Positions 46,212 through 54,859 of a stretch of DNA of 64,000 bases are shown piece by piece (the stretch's first letter is position 1; every line of letters starts with the position of its first letter). Where the stretch lies: IMG/VR virus record IMGVR_UViG_3300006919_000045, positions 8,515 to 72,514 of that record. The stretch is one strand, 5' to 3'. The notes below the pieces were generated by a model. The model did not search any database and was not told the origin of the DNA. It saw only the letters and a list, made by a program, of their open reading frames with translations. This DNA is from a virus. The position numbers and the translations under genes are program-made.

Positions 46212-46407
46212 ATACTATTTTTGCCCTGGTCCTGGATTACAGTATCTGAGCAGTGTGAAGTTAACAAAAAAATATTATTTTGGAGGGTTAGGTGGAAGAC
46301 TATTTGTGGGTAGTAATTGGTTGTATGATTTTAGCAACAGTAAGTAAAGGATGTATTCCTGAAGGTATTATGTAACATCACAGCAGTAAGAGCATTCGCA
46401 TAAAACT

Positions 46408-46432
46408 AAAGGGGCTTCAAGGCCCCTTTTTT
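46408..46432. terminator. Bidirectional intrinsic terminator
   Basis: AAAGGGGC-TTCAAG-GCCCCTTTTTT. Confidence 0.75.
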
Positions 46433-46611
46433 ATATGACGTACAAATGGAGGGCATTTCGCAAGTATAGGAATATAGAAAGTGTAGGTAGTGCTATCCCG
46501 AGTATCATGATAATTTTTATACACGCAAACTCCAGTGGAGACAACTGAATTTCGATGGTTGTAGATTCCCGTTGCTCCTTCGAGAACGAGGTAAAGCCAA
46601 AGAACTTCCAA
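46417..46611 (-). CDS. Hypothetical protein
   Basis: TTG start behind MazG-like gene; weak support. Confidence 0.35.
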   Translation of the reverse strand: MEVLWLYLVLEGATGIYNHRNSVVSTGVCVYKNYHDTRDSTTYTFYIPILAKCPPFVRHIKKGP

Positions 46612-46618
46612 AGGTCTC

Positions 46619-47002
46619 TCACTGGTTTAGAATACTCTCTAAATCTGGGGCGAAAAAGCCCGGGCCTTTCATTACTTTACCGTTGTCTGCTTTGATTGGT
46701 GTTCCATCATCTCCTAACTTACTCATATTAGAAGCATGTACCTCAGTAAAACACTCATCAAGGTCAATACCAAATGTATGACCAGCACCGTATACAACAT
46801 AGAGTATGTCGGTGAGAGCATCGGCGATTTCGACCATATCTTTATTTGCAATCGCTTCAACCAATTCATCTACTTCTTCTTGAATTAAATCTACTCGTAG
46901 TTCACGAGTACTAAAGTCGGGCCAGGTTGGTTGAGTCTCGACCGATTGACCGAAAGCCTGCATGAAATCTCCCACAAGTTCAAAATTTGTTCCTTCTATC
47001 AT
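46619..47002 (-). CDS. MazG-like / PRA-PH-like NTP pyrophosphohydrolase
   Basis: LIQEEVDEL...EIADALTDILYV...EVHASNMSK...GKVMKGP. Confidence 0.85.
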   Translation of the reverse strand: MIEGTNFELVGDFMQAFGQSVETQPTWPDFSTRELRVDLIQEEVDELVEAIANKDMVEIADALTDILYVVYGAGHTFGIDLDECFTEVHASNMSKLGDDGTPIKADNGKVMKGPGFFAPDLESILNQ

Positions 47003-47180
47003 TATCTTTTCTCTTTCGTTTAAATCTTGCGACTGCAGCCTGTTTAGCCAGTCGTCGTTTTTCGCTTCTTGGTACATGATACTCCTTTTGTTTATAATCC
47101 CATAGTGTTTCTGAACATTTTTTCTTGAAAACTCGTAGAGCAGCGTCTACATTGTTGTTACGTACTTTAACTTTTGGCAT
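46980..47180 (-). CDS. rpsU: Ribosomal protein bS21
   Basis: MPKVKVRNNNVDAALRVFKKKC...EYHVPRSEKRR; AGGAG RBS. Confidence 0.85.
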   Translation of the reverse strand: MPKVKVRNNNVDAALRVFKKKCSETLWDYKQKEYHVPRSEKRRLAKQAAVARFKRKRKDNDRRNKF

Positions 47181-47194
47181 GTATCTCCTTTTGC

Positions 47195-47365
47195 CTAAAA
47201 ACTCCAACCTCTTTTACGTAGGTACGCTACTTGTTTGCGTATTGAGTTTTCTGTGCGATGAGGCAATACTTTTTCCTGTAGTTCACCTACAGTCATTCCA
47301 GAGTAGTGCTCTTTCAACAGTACTCTCTCGCGTATCGACCATGGTCGCTTTGAATATTCTCTCAT
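47195..47365 (-). CDS. Small Myb/SANT-like HTH protein
   Basis: RPWS..E...L..HY...LP.RT.NSIR pattern; leaderless start. Confidence 0.55.
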   Translation of the reverse strand: MREYSKRPWSIRERVLLKEHYSGMTVGELQEKVLPHRTENSIRKQVAYLRKRGWSF

Positions 47366-47372
47366 GACATAT

Positions 47373-47468
47373 ATTATATTCGAACTGAGCTTCAAAGTCA
47401 AGTGATATTTTTAAGAAGAGGTCCATAGAAAAATATTTCTTGACAACATTTTCAAAATCGAGTATAAT
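47373..47468. promoter_or_regulatory. Divergent sigma70 promoter pair
   Basis: Minus TTGACT-17-TATAAT (47401-47373) and plus TTGACA-17-TATAAT (47440-47468). Confidence 0.8.
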
Positions 47469-47506
47469 ATATCCAATAGAAAAATAAGCTGAAAAAGGAG
47501 AATCTC

Positions 47507-47656
47507 TTGGTCGCTACTTATCTTATATTTGGACTTTGTATGTGTGGATGTGCTGGACAAGCATACTTCCTAGGCAGACGTTTGGGAATTGAATCCACCG
47601 TAAATTATTTAGTAGAGGAAGGAATCTTACAGCTTGAAGAAGAAGGCAACGGGTGA
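47507..47656 (+). CDS. Small membrane protein (49 aa)
   Basis: AGGAG RBS, TTG start, one TM helix. Confidence 0.5.
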   Translation: MVATYLIFGLCMCGCAGQAYFLGRRLGIESTVNYLVEEGILQLEEEGNG

Positions 47657-47745
47657 AGCCTTATAAAAGATCCCATTTTTAAAACCGGCGGCATCGAAAG
47701 AGCCCCAGCGTACCGAAAGGACGCAATTCATAAAAGGAGAACTTT

Positions 47746-48162
47746 ATGACTAAGCAATTAGCTATGGCTGACCTACATAAAATTTTATTAGGTTTTGACC
47801 GTTTCATGGAACCAAATACATTCGCTCCAACCTTAGATGGCGGATACCCTCGATACAATGTGCTAAAAGTCGGAGACAACGGTTTCCGAGTAGAGTTAGC
47901 AGTTCCGGGCTGGAACAAAAATGACATTGAAATTGCTTTACACAAAGGCGTACTTACTGTTATTGGTAATGTAAAGCAAACCGAGGCGGAAAATGAATCC
48001 TATGTCTATAAGGGCCTAAGCGGTAAGTGTTTCACACGGACGTTCGGAGTAAGTGAGCACGTTAAAATTGATCGTGCTTATATGGAACGTGGCCTGCTAT
48101 GCATTGACTTGCATGAAGAAATTCCTAAGGAATTGCAACCAATTAAGGTTACTATTTCATAA
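47746..48162 (+). CDS. Small heat-shock protein (Hsp20/IbpA-like)
   Basis: YPRYNV, ELAVPG, YVYKGLS...FTRTF, GLLCIDL, I.I tail. Confidence 0.9.
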   Translation: MTKQLAMADLHKILLGFDRFMEPNTFAPTLDGGYPRYNVLKVGDNGFRVELAVPGWNKNDIEIALHKGVLTVIGNVKQTEAENESYVYKGLSGKCFTRTFGVSEHVKIDRAYMERGLLCIDLHEEIPKELQPIKVTIS

Positions 48163-48267
48163 GGAAAATTATGTTTATATCACGAACTGATTGTTGCGGC
48201 GAGTGTCTACTTTGTATGTGGACACTATCAATTATAACACTAGCGCTAGCACCACTCTTCTAATCTT

Positions 48268-48290
48268 CGCGGGGTTTCGGCCCCGCACTT
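48268..48290 (+). terminator. Probable terminator hairpin
   Basis: GCGGGG-TTTCGG-CCCCGC, weak T tail. Confidence 0.5.
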
Positions 48291-48305
48291 ACTTCAGGAA
48301 ACACT

Positions 48306-48815
48306 ATGACACTTACAGGAACATATTACAATCCAGATACTCATCCGGATCAAAAGTATTTCTTAACTGAAAAATCAGAAGAAGAACTAACCCAAATTCA
48401 GCCAGAGCTTGCAGAAGTAGTAAGACGAGCTGTGGCTATCTCAGACATTGAAATGCAAGTACTGCACGGTAGACGAAGTTTAAAACAGCAAGATGAGTTT
48501 TTCAAAAAGGGTGCTACTGAAGGAATCACTTCTCCTCATCTATATGGATATGCTGTTGACCTAGTTGCAATAGTAGAGGGCCGTATGTGTTTTGAAACAG
48601 AGGTATATGATGAAGTAGCAAACTGCATGAAGTATGCAGGACAAGATTTAAATACTCCCATACGGTGGGGAGGAGCTTGGCATTGCCCAAATCTATGTAA
48701 CTTTACTGGACTTTTAGATGAACTACAAATGAGCTACATCGACATTTGTCGAGAGAGGGACGTTCGTCCCCGGTTAGATGTTAATCACTTTGAGCTTACA
48801 ATATCAACAGAATGA
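48306..48815 (+). CDS. M15-family (L-Ala-D-Glu) peptidase endolysin-like protein
   Basis: GRRS..QQ, SPHLYGYAVD, RWGGAW, D..HFEL. Confidence 0.8.
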   Translation: MTLTGTYYNPDTHPDQKYFLTEKSEEELTQIQPELAEVVRRAVAISDIEMQVLHGRRSLKQQDEFFKKGATEGITSPHLYGYAVDLVAIVEGRMCFETEVYDEVANCMKYAGQDLNTPIRWGGAWHCPNLCNFTGLLDELQMSYIDICRERDVRPRLDVNHFELTISTE

Positions 48816-49137
48816 ACTTTCCCACAGAACAAGTAATAGTTTCTTTAGTACTAGTGCTAGTTTTAGTATCTATGGTTACTTGTAGCCCTCAAGAAAGAAA
48901 GTGTGACGTTATTCATGAGAGTGCGTCTCCTCTTCAAAAATGCGAGGTATGGTAATGGAATTAATAGGAATATTGTGTATAATGATGCTTCCAATGATAG
49001 CAGGAGGTTTTACTTTCGTAGTATCACAAAAAGCTGTAGAGGGTAAGTTTTGACACAGCAGGACACAGTATTTATATTATTTTTTATGCTGGCAACTTTA
49101 AGTATAGTAGTAGGAATGTGGTACGGAGATAAAACGG

Positions 49138-49311
49138 ATGAATCATCTAAAAGAAACAGGTAAAGGATACTTTGAACATTTGTCAGGCGCCTGGAAATTA
49201 GCATTTGTATTGCTAGTACACGGGCTTCTACCAAATGTATGGAGAAACAAAGTCAGCGACGAACTGCACAAAGATCAAAAGAAGCTGCATGGAGTACGAG
49301 TCGTTGACTAA
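49138..49311 (+). CDS. Small protein, DUF6356-like
   Basis: MNHLKETGKGYFEHL...LLVHGLLP read from sequence; GGAG RBS. Confidence 0.55.
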   Translation: MNHLKETGKGYFEHLSGAWKLAFVLLVHGLLPNVWRNKVSDELHKDQKKLHGVRVVD

Positions 49312-49876
49312 TTATTTTGCAAAGTCGATGACAAAGTTTTTTCGTTTCTTTGCAGATACATTCTTTGCAAAGAGATACGGACACCGAGCAGTCGTACTTG
49401 AAACAGTTGCAGGAGTCCCAGGTATGGTCGCAGGAATGCTTGTACACCTCAAGAGCTTGAGAACACACAAGCGAGGCTATGGCCCCATCATACGAAAATT
49501 ACTTGCAGAAGCAGAAAATGAACGTATGCATCTTATGTTTTTTATCGAAATTGCACAGCCAAATAAGCTGGAGCGGGGTCTCATAATTACCGCACAATTT
49601 ATATTCTGGCACTTTTATTTAGTACTGTACCTAATCTCTCCTCGTACTGCCCATATGATGACGCATTATTTTGAAGAGGAAGCAGTCAAAAGTTATACAG
49701 AATACTTAGATTTAATTTATAGAGAGGAGATAGAAGATGTTCCTGCTCCTCAGTTAGCAATCGAATACTATGGTATGGACGCAGATGCACGACTTTCTAC
49801 GATGGTAAAACACATTCGTGCTGATGAACAAAATCACAGCAAAGTAAACTTGGAGTATGCAAATGTACTCAGATAA
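49289..49876 (+). CDS. aox: Alternative (ubiquinol) oxidase
   Basis: Di-iron motifs LETVAGVPGM, EAENERMHL, FEEEAVKSYT, IRADEQNH; exact start uncertain. Confidence 0.92.
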   Translation: MEYESLTNYFAKSMTKFFRFFADTFFAKRYGHRAVVLETVAGVPGMVAGMLVHLKSLRTHKRGYGPIIRKLLAEAENERMHLMFFIEIAQPNKLERGLIITAQFIFWHFYLVLYLISPRTAHMMTHYFEEEAVKSYTEYLDLIYREEIEDVPAPQLAIEYYGMDADARLSTMVKHIRADEQNHSKVNLEYANVLR

Positions 49877-50264
49877 GGTATTGGATCACTATGAAAATCC
49901 CAGAAATGTCGGAAAACTTAACGAGAATGATAAAGATGTCGGAACAGGCATGGTCGGGGCTCCAGCGTGTGGAGACGTCATGCGGCTTCAAATCCGAGTA
50001 TCGCCCGACGGAATTATTGAAGATGCTAAATTCAAAACTTACGGATGCGGCAGTGCTATTGCTTCTTCATCATTACTCACAGAATGGGTTCGAGGAAAGT
50101 CCCTTGACGAAGCGGGAAAAATCAGCAATGTCCAAATTGCTCAAGACTTATCGCTCCCGCCTGTAAAGATACACTGTAGTGTACTTGCGGAAGATGCTAT
50201 CAAAGCAGCCATCACGGATTATAGGACTAAACATGAAAGGAACTACCATGAAAAACAGAACTAA
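49863..50264 (+). CDS. iscU: Fe-S cluster scaffold IscU
   Basis: YSDKVLDHYENPRNVG, GAPACGDVM, FKTYGCGSAIAS, LPPVKIHC. Confidence 0.95.
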   Translation: MYSDKVLDHYENPRNVGKLNENDKDVGTGMVGAPACGDVMRLQIRVSPDGIIEDAKFKTYGCGSAIASSSLLTEWVRGKSLDEAGKISNVQIAQDLSLPPVKIHCSVLAEDAIKAAITDYRTKHERNYHEKQN

Positions 50265-50973
50265 ACTCAGCGCTCTTGCACTGTCCACCGCTCTCGCCTG
50301 TGCGTTCGTACCGACCGCTCATGCAGGGGAATGGTCCGCAAATGCTTCGATGACCAGTAATTACATCTGGCGAGGGCTTACCCAGACAGAGAATGAGGCG
50401 GCTGTGCAGGGCGGAATTGATTATGCCTCGGACAGCGGCTTTTATATTGGCACCTGGGCTTCCAATGTGAACTATGGCCCCTCCGATGTTTACTCTTACG
50501 AGCACGACGTATACGCAGGGTTTGCTTTTGATACCGGCGCGGTTAACTGGGACGTTGGTTACCTCTATTACAACTACGACAAAGAAGCTAACTTTGACTT
50601 TGGCGAGGTTTATGTGGGCGCGGGTATTGGTGATTTCAGTGCAAAGCTTAACGTGCTGGCCAATACTGAAGCAGACGAGGCTGAGGGACAGGATTTTGGG
50701 TTCGGCGAGGCGTATTACCTCTCACTGGACTATGGTTTTGAAGTCGGCGACGGTGTGGGTATTGGCCTGCACGTAGGACATCACGATGGTGATTTTGCTG
50801 AAGCTTTTAACGGTAACGCCGAAGGTTATTACGATTATAACGTAACGGTCTCAAAGGGCGGCTTTACTTTTATGATTTCGGATACTGATGTAAAAGGTGG
50901 AGCTGCAGAGGGTGGATACGATAACGATCAGATCAAATTTGTCGTCTCATACGCTGTTGATATCGCGCTCTAA
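50248..50973 (+). CDS. TorF-family putative porin (gcw_chp-like)
   Basis: Signal peptide; SNYIWRGLTQT...AVQGGIDY...GFYIGTWASNV...DVYAG. Confidence 0.8.
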   Translation: MKNRTKLSALALSTALACAFVPTAHAGEWSANASMTSNYIWRGLTQTENEAAVQGGIDYASDSGFYIGTWASNVNYGPSDVYSYEHDVYAGFAFDTGAVNWDVGYLYYNYDKEANFDFGEVYVGAGIGDFSAKLNVLANTEADEAEGQDFGFGEAYYLSLDYGFEVGDGVGIGLHVGHHDGDFAEAFNGNAEGYYDYNVTVSKGGFTFMISDTDVKGGAAEGGYDNDQIKFVVSYAVDIAL

Positions 50974-50976
50974 GTC

Positions 50977-51330
50977 ATGAATGAGTATTATATCGAGCCT
51001 TATGATTCAATGCTACAAGTAACTCATAATGCCGCAAATTGGATGCACGAACAACTTTCTAAAAGAGGAAAGGGTAGAGGTATACGATTAGGAGTTGCAC
51101 CTGCGGGATGTACGGGATATAAATATATAGTCGAATTTGTAGATCAAGAGAACGAAGAAGATTATATAGTACAAAAGAAAGGATTACTTTTCTTTATAGA
51201 TCCTAAAAGCAGGCCCGTACTACAAGGTTCTGTAGTAGAGTTTAAAACTGAAGGTATGAACTCTGGAATAGAGATTATAAATCCCAATACACAAGATAAG
51301 TGTGGATGTGGTGAGAGCTTTAATATATAA
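50977..51330 (+). CDS. iscA: A-type Fe-S carrier (IscA/HesB family)
   Basis: IRLGV..AGCTGYKY and NPN....CGCGESF. Confidence 0.9.
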   Translation: MNEYYIEPYDSMLQVTHNAANWMHEQLSKRGKGRGIRLGVAPAGCTGYKYIVEFVDQENEEDYIVQKKGLLFFIDPKSRPVLQGSVVEFKTEGMNSGIEIINPNTQDKCGCGESFNI

Positions 51331-51345
51331 GGCTAGGAAGATAGA

Positions 51346-51789
51346 ATGAACCGTGAAAGATTATATGAGGAAATTAAAGCAGATGAAGGCGAAGTTCTCG
51401 AGGTCTATCTTGACCACTTGGGGTATCCTACTATCGGTATTGGACACTTGGTCACAGAAGAAGATGAAGAGTCTGGAAAACCTGCCGGGACAGCCATTAC
51501 GGCTGAGAGAAGCAGAGAGCTCTTCGATCGAGACATTCAGTGTGCCATTGAGGACTGCGAAAGACTTTACGGGCAGTGGCACAATTGGCCGGAAGAGGTT
51601 CAATTAGTTTTAGTAAATATGGCGTTCAATTTGGGCGCTACTCGTCTGTCGAAGTTTAAAAATATGCAGAATATGCTATCTCAAGGAAAGTGGAAAGAGG
51701 CTGCGGCAGAGGGCCGCGACTCTTTATGGTACCGACAAGTTACAAATCGAGCAGAAAGATTAATGACACGACTTGAAAATATCTCTTGA
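51346..51789 (+). CDS. T4-type (GH24) lysozyme
   Basis: DEG....YLDHLGYPTIGIGHL, NMAFNLG, SLWYRQVTNRA. Confidence 0.9.
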   Translation: MNRERLYEEIKADEGEVLEVYLDHLGYPTIGIGHLVTEEDEESGKPAGTAITAERSRELFDRDIQCAIEDCERLYGQWHNWPEEVQLVLVNMAFNLGATRLSKFKNMQNMLSQGKWKEAAAEGRDSLWYRQVTNRAERLMTRLENIS

Positions 51790-51814
51790 CTTTTATTACT
51801 AGTTAGTGTATAAT
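51786..51814 (+). promoter_or_regulatory. sigma70 early promoter
   Basis: TTGACT-17-TATAAT. Confidence 0.8.
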
Positions 51815-51834
51815 ATATGCTAACTGGAGGTAGT

Positions 51835-52431
51835 ATGAATCTTTTTTATCTTGATGAAGATTTAGATGCGTGTGCAGAAGCTCACGTCGACAAACATATT
51901 GTAAAAATGCCGTTGGAAGTAGCCCAGATATGCTGTACTGCTGTCTGGATCGACGTGCACTTGGGTTTTGTACCCCGGGCTTTGAATAAATCAGAGTCCG
52001 ACCATCTCAACTCCTTGAAGAAGGAGATTAAACACTTACCGCCTGAAAGCAGACCCCTCACTCCCTACTTGCCTATGATGTACAATCATCCTTGTACTAT
52101 ATGGGCACGTAGTTCTTTGGATAATTATGAGTGGACGCACTGCTATGGCAATGCGTTAGGAGAGGAGTATCGTTATAGGTATGGGAAGCAGCACAAATCA
52201 GTCACAGTCATCAACGAACTACCCGATATTGTCAAAATGGAAAGAGTTGGATTTACCACTTTCGGATTGGCAATGCCAGACGTGCTCAAAGACTATGACA
52301 ATCCTATACAGTCTTATCGTGACTACTATCATCTCGACAAGGCTACTTTTGCCAGCTGGACTGGGAGACCTGCCCCCTCATGGTGGGATGATTCTCTCGC
52401 AGATTACGAAACGAGGATTACAGCGAAATGA
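51835..52431 (+). CDS. Pyrimidine-dimer DNA glycosylase/endonuclease V-like protein
   Basis: MNLFYLD...HVDKHIVKM.LE.AQ, NHPCTIW, EYRYRYGK.H, AMP, YR.YY. Confidence 0.75.
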   Translation: MNLFYLDEDLDACAEAHVDKHIVKMPLEVAQICCTAVWIDVHLGFVPRALNKSESDHLNSLKKEIKHLPPESRPLTPYLPMMYNHPCTIWARSSLDNYEWTHCYGNALGEEYRYRYGKQHKSVTVINELPDIVKMERVGFTTFGLAMPDVLKDYDNPIQSYRDYYHLDKATFASWTGRPAPSWWDDSLADYETRITAK

Positions 52432-52715
52432 AAATATTTGATTTAGAACAAGAGATGCTGCAGTTTGCAAATGTCACCGAAGAAATTGAGTTAGTAACCA
52501 AATACTTTTTAGAAGATTCTAAATGGGAAGATATGGCTCCTGAGTTAGCTGATGCTCTTATGAATAAGTATCTAGCTATTAAAGACTTGTACGAAATCAA
52601 GTTTGAAAATATGTGGCATACCTTTGAAGACGTTTGTAAAGAGTATCATATTGCTCATAAATTGGCAGGGCTTGAGCGAGAAGAAGAGCTACAGGGATTG
52701 TTTGATGAAAAATAA
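52428..52715 (+). CDS. Hypothetical protein
   Basis: FDLEQE motif; ATGA coupling. Confidence 0.65.
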   Translation: MKIFDLEQEMLQFANVTEEIELVTKYFLEDSKWEDMAPELADALMNKYLAIKDLYEIKFENMWHTFEDVCKEYHIAHKLAGLEREEELQGLFDEK

Positions 52716-52866
52716 AAAAAGTTATAACCATCTTAAACTCGTAGCTTCTCGCTCTGGCCTATCAAAAGTAGATGAGCAGTACTTAGAGTTAGAGAAGCAA
52801 CAAGACGAGCTTGAAGAGCAAGCAAGGTTAATTGCTGAAATGTATGGAGAACCTGACGAAGAATGA
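52705..52866 (+). CDS. Hypothetical protein
   Basis: Coupled small ORF with LKLV motif. Confidence 0.5.
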   Translation: MKNKKSYNHLKLVASRSGLSKVDEQYLELEKQQDELEEQARLIAEMYGEPDEE

Positions 52867-53198
52867 AAAAACTAGGCTTTTGGGTGTATGACACCTATAA
52901 TTTCTTTTTTAGTCTTAAAATGAACCCTTTAAGATTTATACCAAATGCGTTTACACAGTACATACTGATGTTTTATCTGTCAGTGATGTGGACAGTTGTA
53001 TTTACGCTTTGGACCGGATATAGTATTTATTTTGGTCTTGGAAGTGTCGGTGGACACTTGTTAGTAATTAGTGCATTTTTTATTACTGCTCTTACATTTC
53101 AAGATGCAGAAAAGAATGGCCATTTATGGGTACAGAGAGCTAAGCCTGCCCCAGTAGAGAACAGGAGAGGTGTGTGGGACCTGGAAAAAGAGGGGTGA
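52863..53198 (+). CDS. Membrane protein
   Basis: NPLRFIP then two TM helices. Confidence 0.65.
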   Translation: MKKLGFWVYDTYNFFFSLKMNPLRFIPNAFTQYILMFYLSVMWTVVFTLWTGYSIYFGLGSVGGHLLVISAFFITALTFQDAEKNGHLWVQRAKPAPVENRRGVWDLEKEG

Positions 53199-53374
53199 GT
53201 ACGTATGAGATTGTAGAAGTATTCTATGCTCAAAATGAAAGAGTATATAGAGTAATAGAAAAGAAAGCCGACGGACAAATACAAGACGTAGCACGACTTA
53301 CTAGTAGAGAAAAAGCTCAATACTACATAGATGTACGTCAACAACAAACAGCACCGGAGCATAATCAATGGTAG
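53195..53374 (+). CDS. Hypothetical protein
   Basis: GTGA coupling. Confidence 0.5.
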   Translation: MSTYEIVEVFYAQNERVYRVIEKKADGQIQDVARLTSREKAQYYIDVRQQQTAPEHNQW

Positions 53375-53742
53375 GCAAGTTTAAAAGTAAACTATTTAAT
53401 GTATATCATCCTCCTCACTATAAAGCACACCCTAGTGGGGTGGAGTGTATTGAAATTACAGAACACATGAGTTTCTGTCTTGGAAATGCGGTAAAGTATA
53501 TCTGGAGAGCTGGAATAAAAACTCACGATCCTGTACATGATTTAAGCAAAGCAGTATGGTATCTAAATAGGGAGATAGCAAAAATTGAGAAGAATCAAGA
53601 AGAAAGAGTCAGAGAACTTGTCCGATACGAATATACGGAAAGTAATCGATCTTCTGAGTGGCAACAGTCCTATAACAAAAAAGGAAGCCTGTGGTATCCT
53701 GAATATAGCATACAATACAACCAGGCTTCAGAGAATAATTGA
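53368..53742 (+). CDS. DUF3310 / T7 gp1.7-like nucleotide kinase domain protein
   Basis: V.HPPHY...ECIE...GNAVKYIWRAG.K...DL.KA.WYL. Confidence 0.8.
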   Translation: MVGKFKSKLFNVYHPPHYKAHPSGVECIEITEHMSFCLGNAVKYIWRAGIKTHDPVHDLSKAVWYLNREIAKIEKNQEERVRELVRYEYTESNRSSEWQQSYNKKGSLWYPEYSIQYNQASENN

Positions 53743-54277
53743 TGAATTTGAAGAGACGCAGGCGTATCGTTCAAAAAGAAAAAGTCAAAACAAAGGAAAA
53801 GCAGCCACAAAAGATGAAGTGGCAGATGCGGTTACTCGATTTTTATCCGGCGACGCCATCTCAGAAATCGCAGTGGGGTTGTACAGATCCTCAGGATTTG
53901 TCAAAGCCATCATCGAACGTACAGGAGTTCCCCAAAAAGGAGAAGGAAAGTACGACTACTTGCCAGACGAGTGCGTTGCAGAAGATTTTGCTGATGGAGA
54001 GATAGTGTGGTCGGCCAAGTATCACGGCCCTGCTATAATTAAACAAGAATTGTCAATAGATTATCAGGCAGAGAAACCTGGAATCAAAGATGTAAACTAC
54101 GAAAAGAAGTACGGCAGTAAATGCTATAACATCTGGGTAATTGAAAAAATTGACGATGATTACAGTGATCGCTGGACTACTACACAAGGCGGGGGGTTTA
54201 CCGCAACACAGCTTGCATACGATTTGGGAAAGCTGACACACCTTCAAGAATACGGTGTAGATTTATCACGTATCTAA
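53585..54277 (+). CDS. T5 D2-like protein
   Basis: TKKEACGILNIAYNTTRL motif; start of T5 replication block. Confidence 0.75.
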   Translation: MRRIKKKESENLSDTNIRKVIDLLSGNSPITKKEACGILNIAYNTTRLQRIIDEFEETQAYRSKRKSQNKGKAATKDEVADAVTRFLSGDAISEIAVGLYRSSGFVKAIIERTGVPQKGEGKYDYLPDECVAEDFADGEIVWSAKYHGPAIIKQELSIDYQAEKPGIKDVNYEKKYGSKCYNIWVIEKIDDDYSDRWTTTQGGGFTATQLAYDLGKLTHLQEYGVDLSRI

Positions 54278-54286
54278 AAAAACTTC

Positions 54287-54315
54287 TTGACTTTCACTTC
54301 ATATACAAGTATAAT
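54287..54315 (+). promoter_or_regulatory. sigma70 early promoter
   Basis: TTGACT-17-TATAAT. Confidence 0.8.
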
Positions 54316-54427
54316 ATGTATATTGAAGATGAGGGAACCAATGGGCGACCGATTTTATAAGCAACAACTAACGGCCACGGGAAACTGTCCCGGGGCTACC
54401 ATTTCACAACGTAGAAGGAAACGAAGA

Positions 54428-54793
54428 ATGGCATGGGATGACGAAAAGAAAGCAGCAGTAATTGAGCAATACGAAGCTGCAAATCCAACTCCAGAGAACA
54501 GCATGGAGATCGTCGCGGAGCTTGCGGAAGAATTTGAAGAGTCACCAAACGGTGTTCGTATGATTCTTACTAAAGCAGGCGTGTATGTAAAGAAAGCCCC
54601 CGCTTCTGGTGGAGCAAAAAGCACAGCCTCGAATGGTGGTAGTGGCGGGCGTGTATCAAAAGCTGCCGCCATTGAAAGTTTGTCTGCTGCAATCTCTGAT
54701 GCAGGTCAAGAAGTTGACCAAGAGATTCTTGACAAGCTGACAGGCAAGGCCGCTGTATACTTTACAGGTGTTATTTCCGCAATCAATAACTAA
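54428..54793 (+). CDS. T5 D3-like DNA-binding protein
   Basis: MAWDDEKK...SPNGVRMILTKAGVYVKK...KLTGKAAVYF. Confidence 0.8.
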   Translation: MAWDDEKKAAVIEQYEAANPTPENSMEIVAELAEEFEESPNGVRMILTKAGVYVKKAPASGGAKSTASNGGSGGRVSKAAAIESLSAAISDAGQEVDQEILDKLTGKAAVYFTGVISAINN

Positions 54794-54859
54794 TACCAAT
54801 GCTCCTAAGTAGTACGGGACAGCAGAAGAGTCTGCCAACTCGCTTCACTAGGAGCATTT

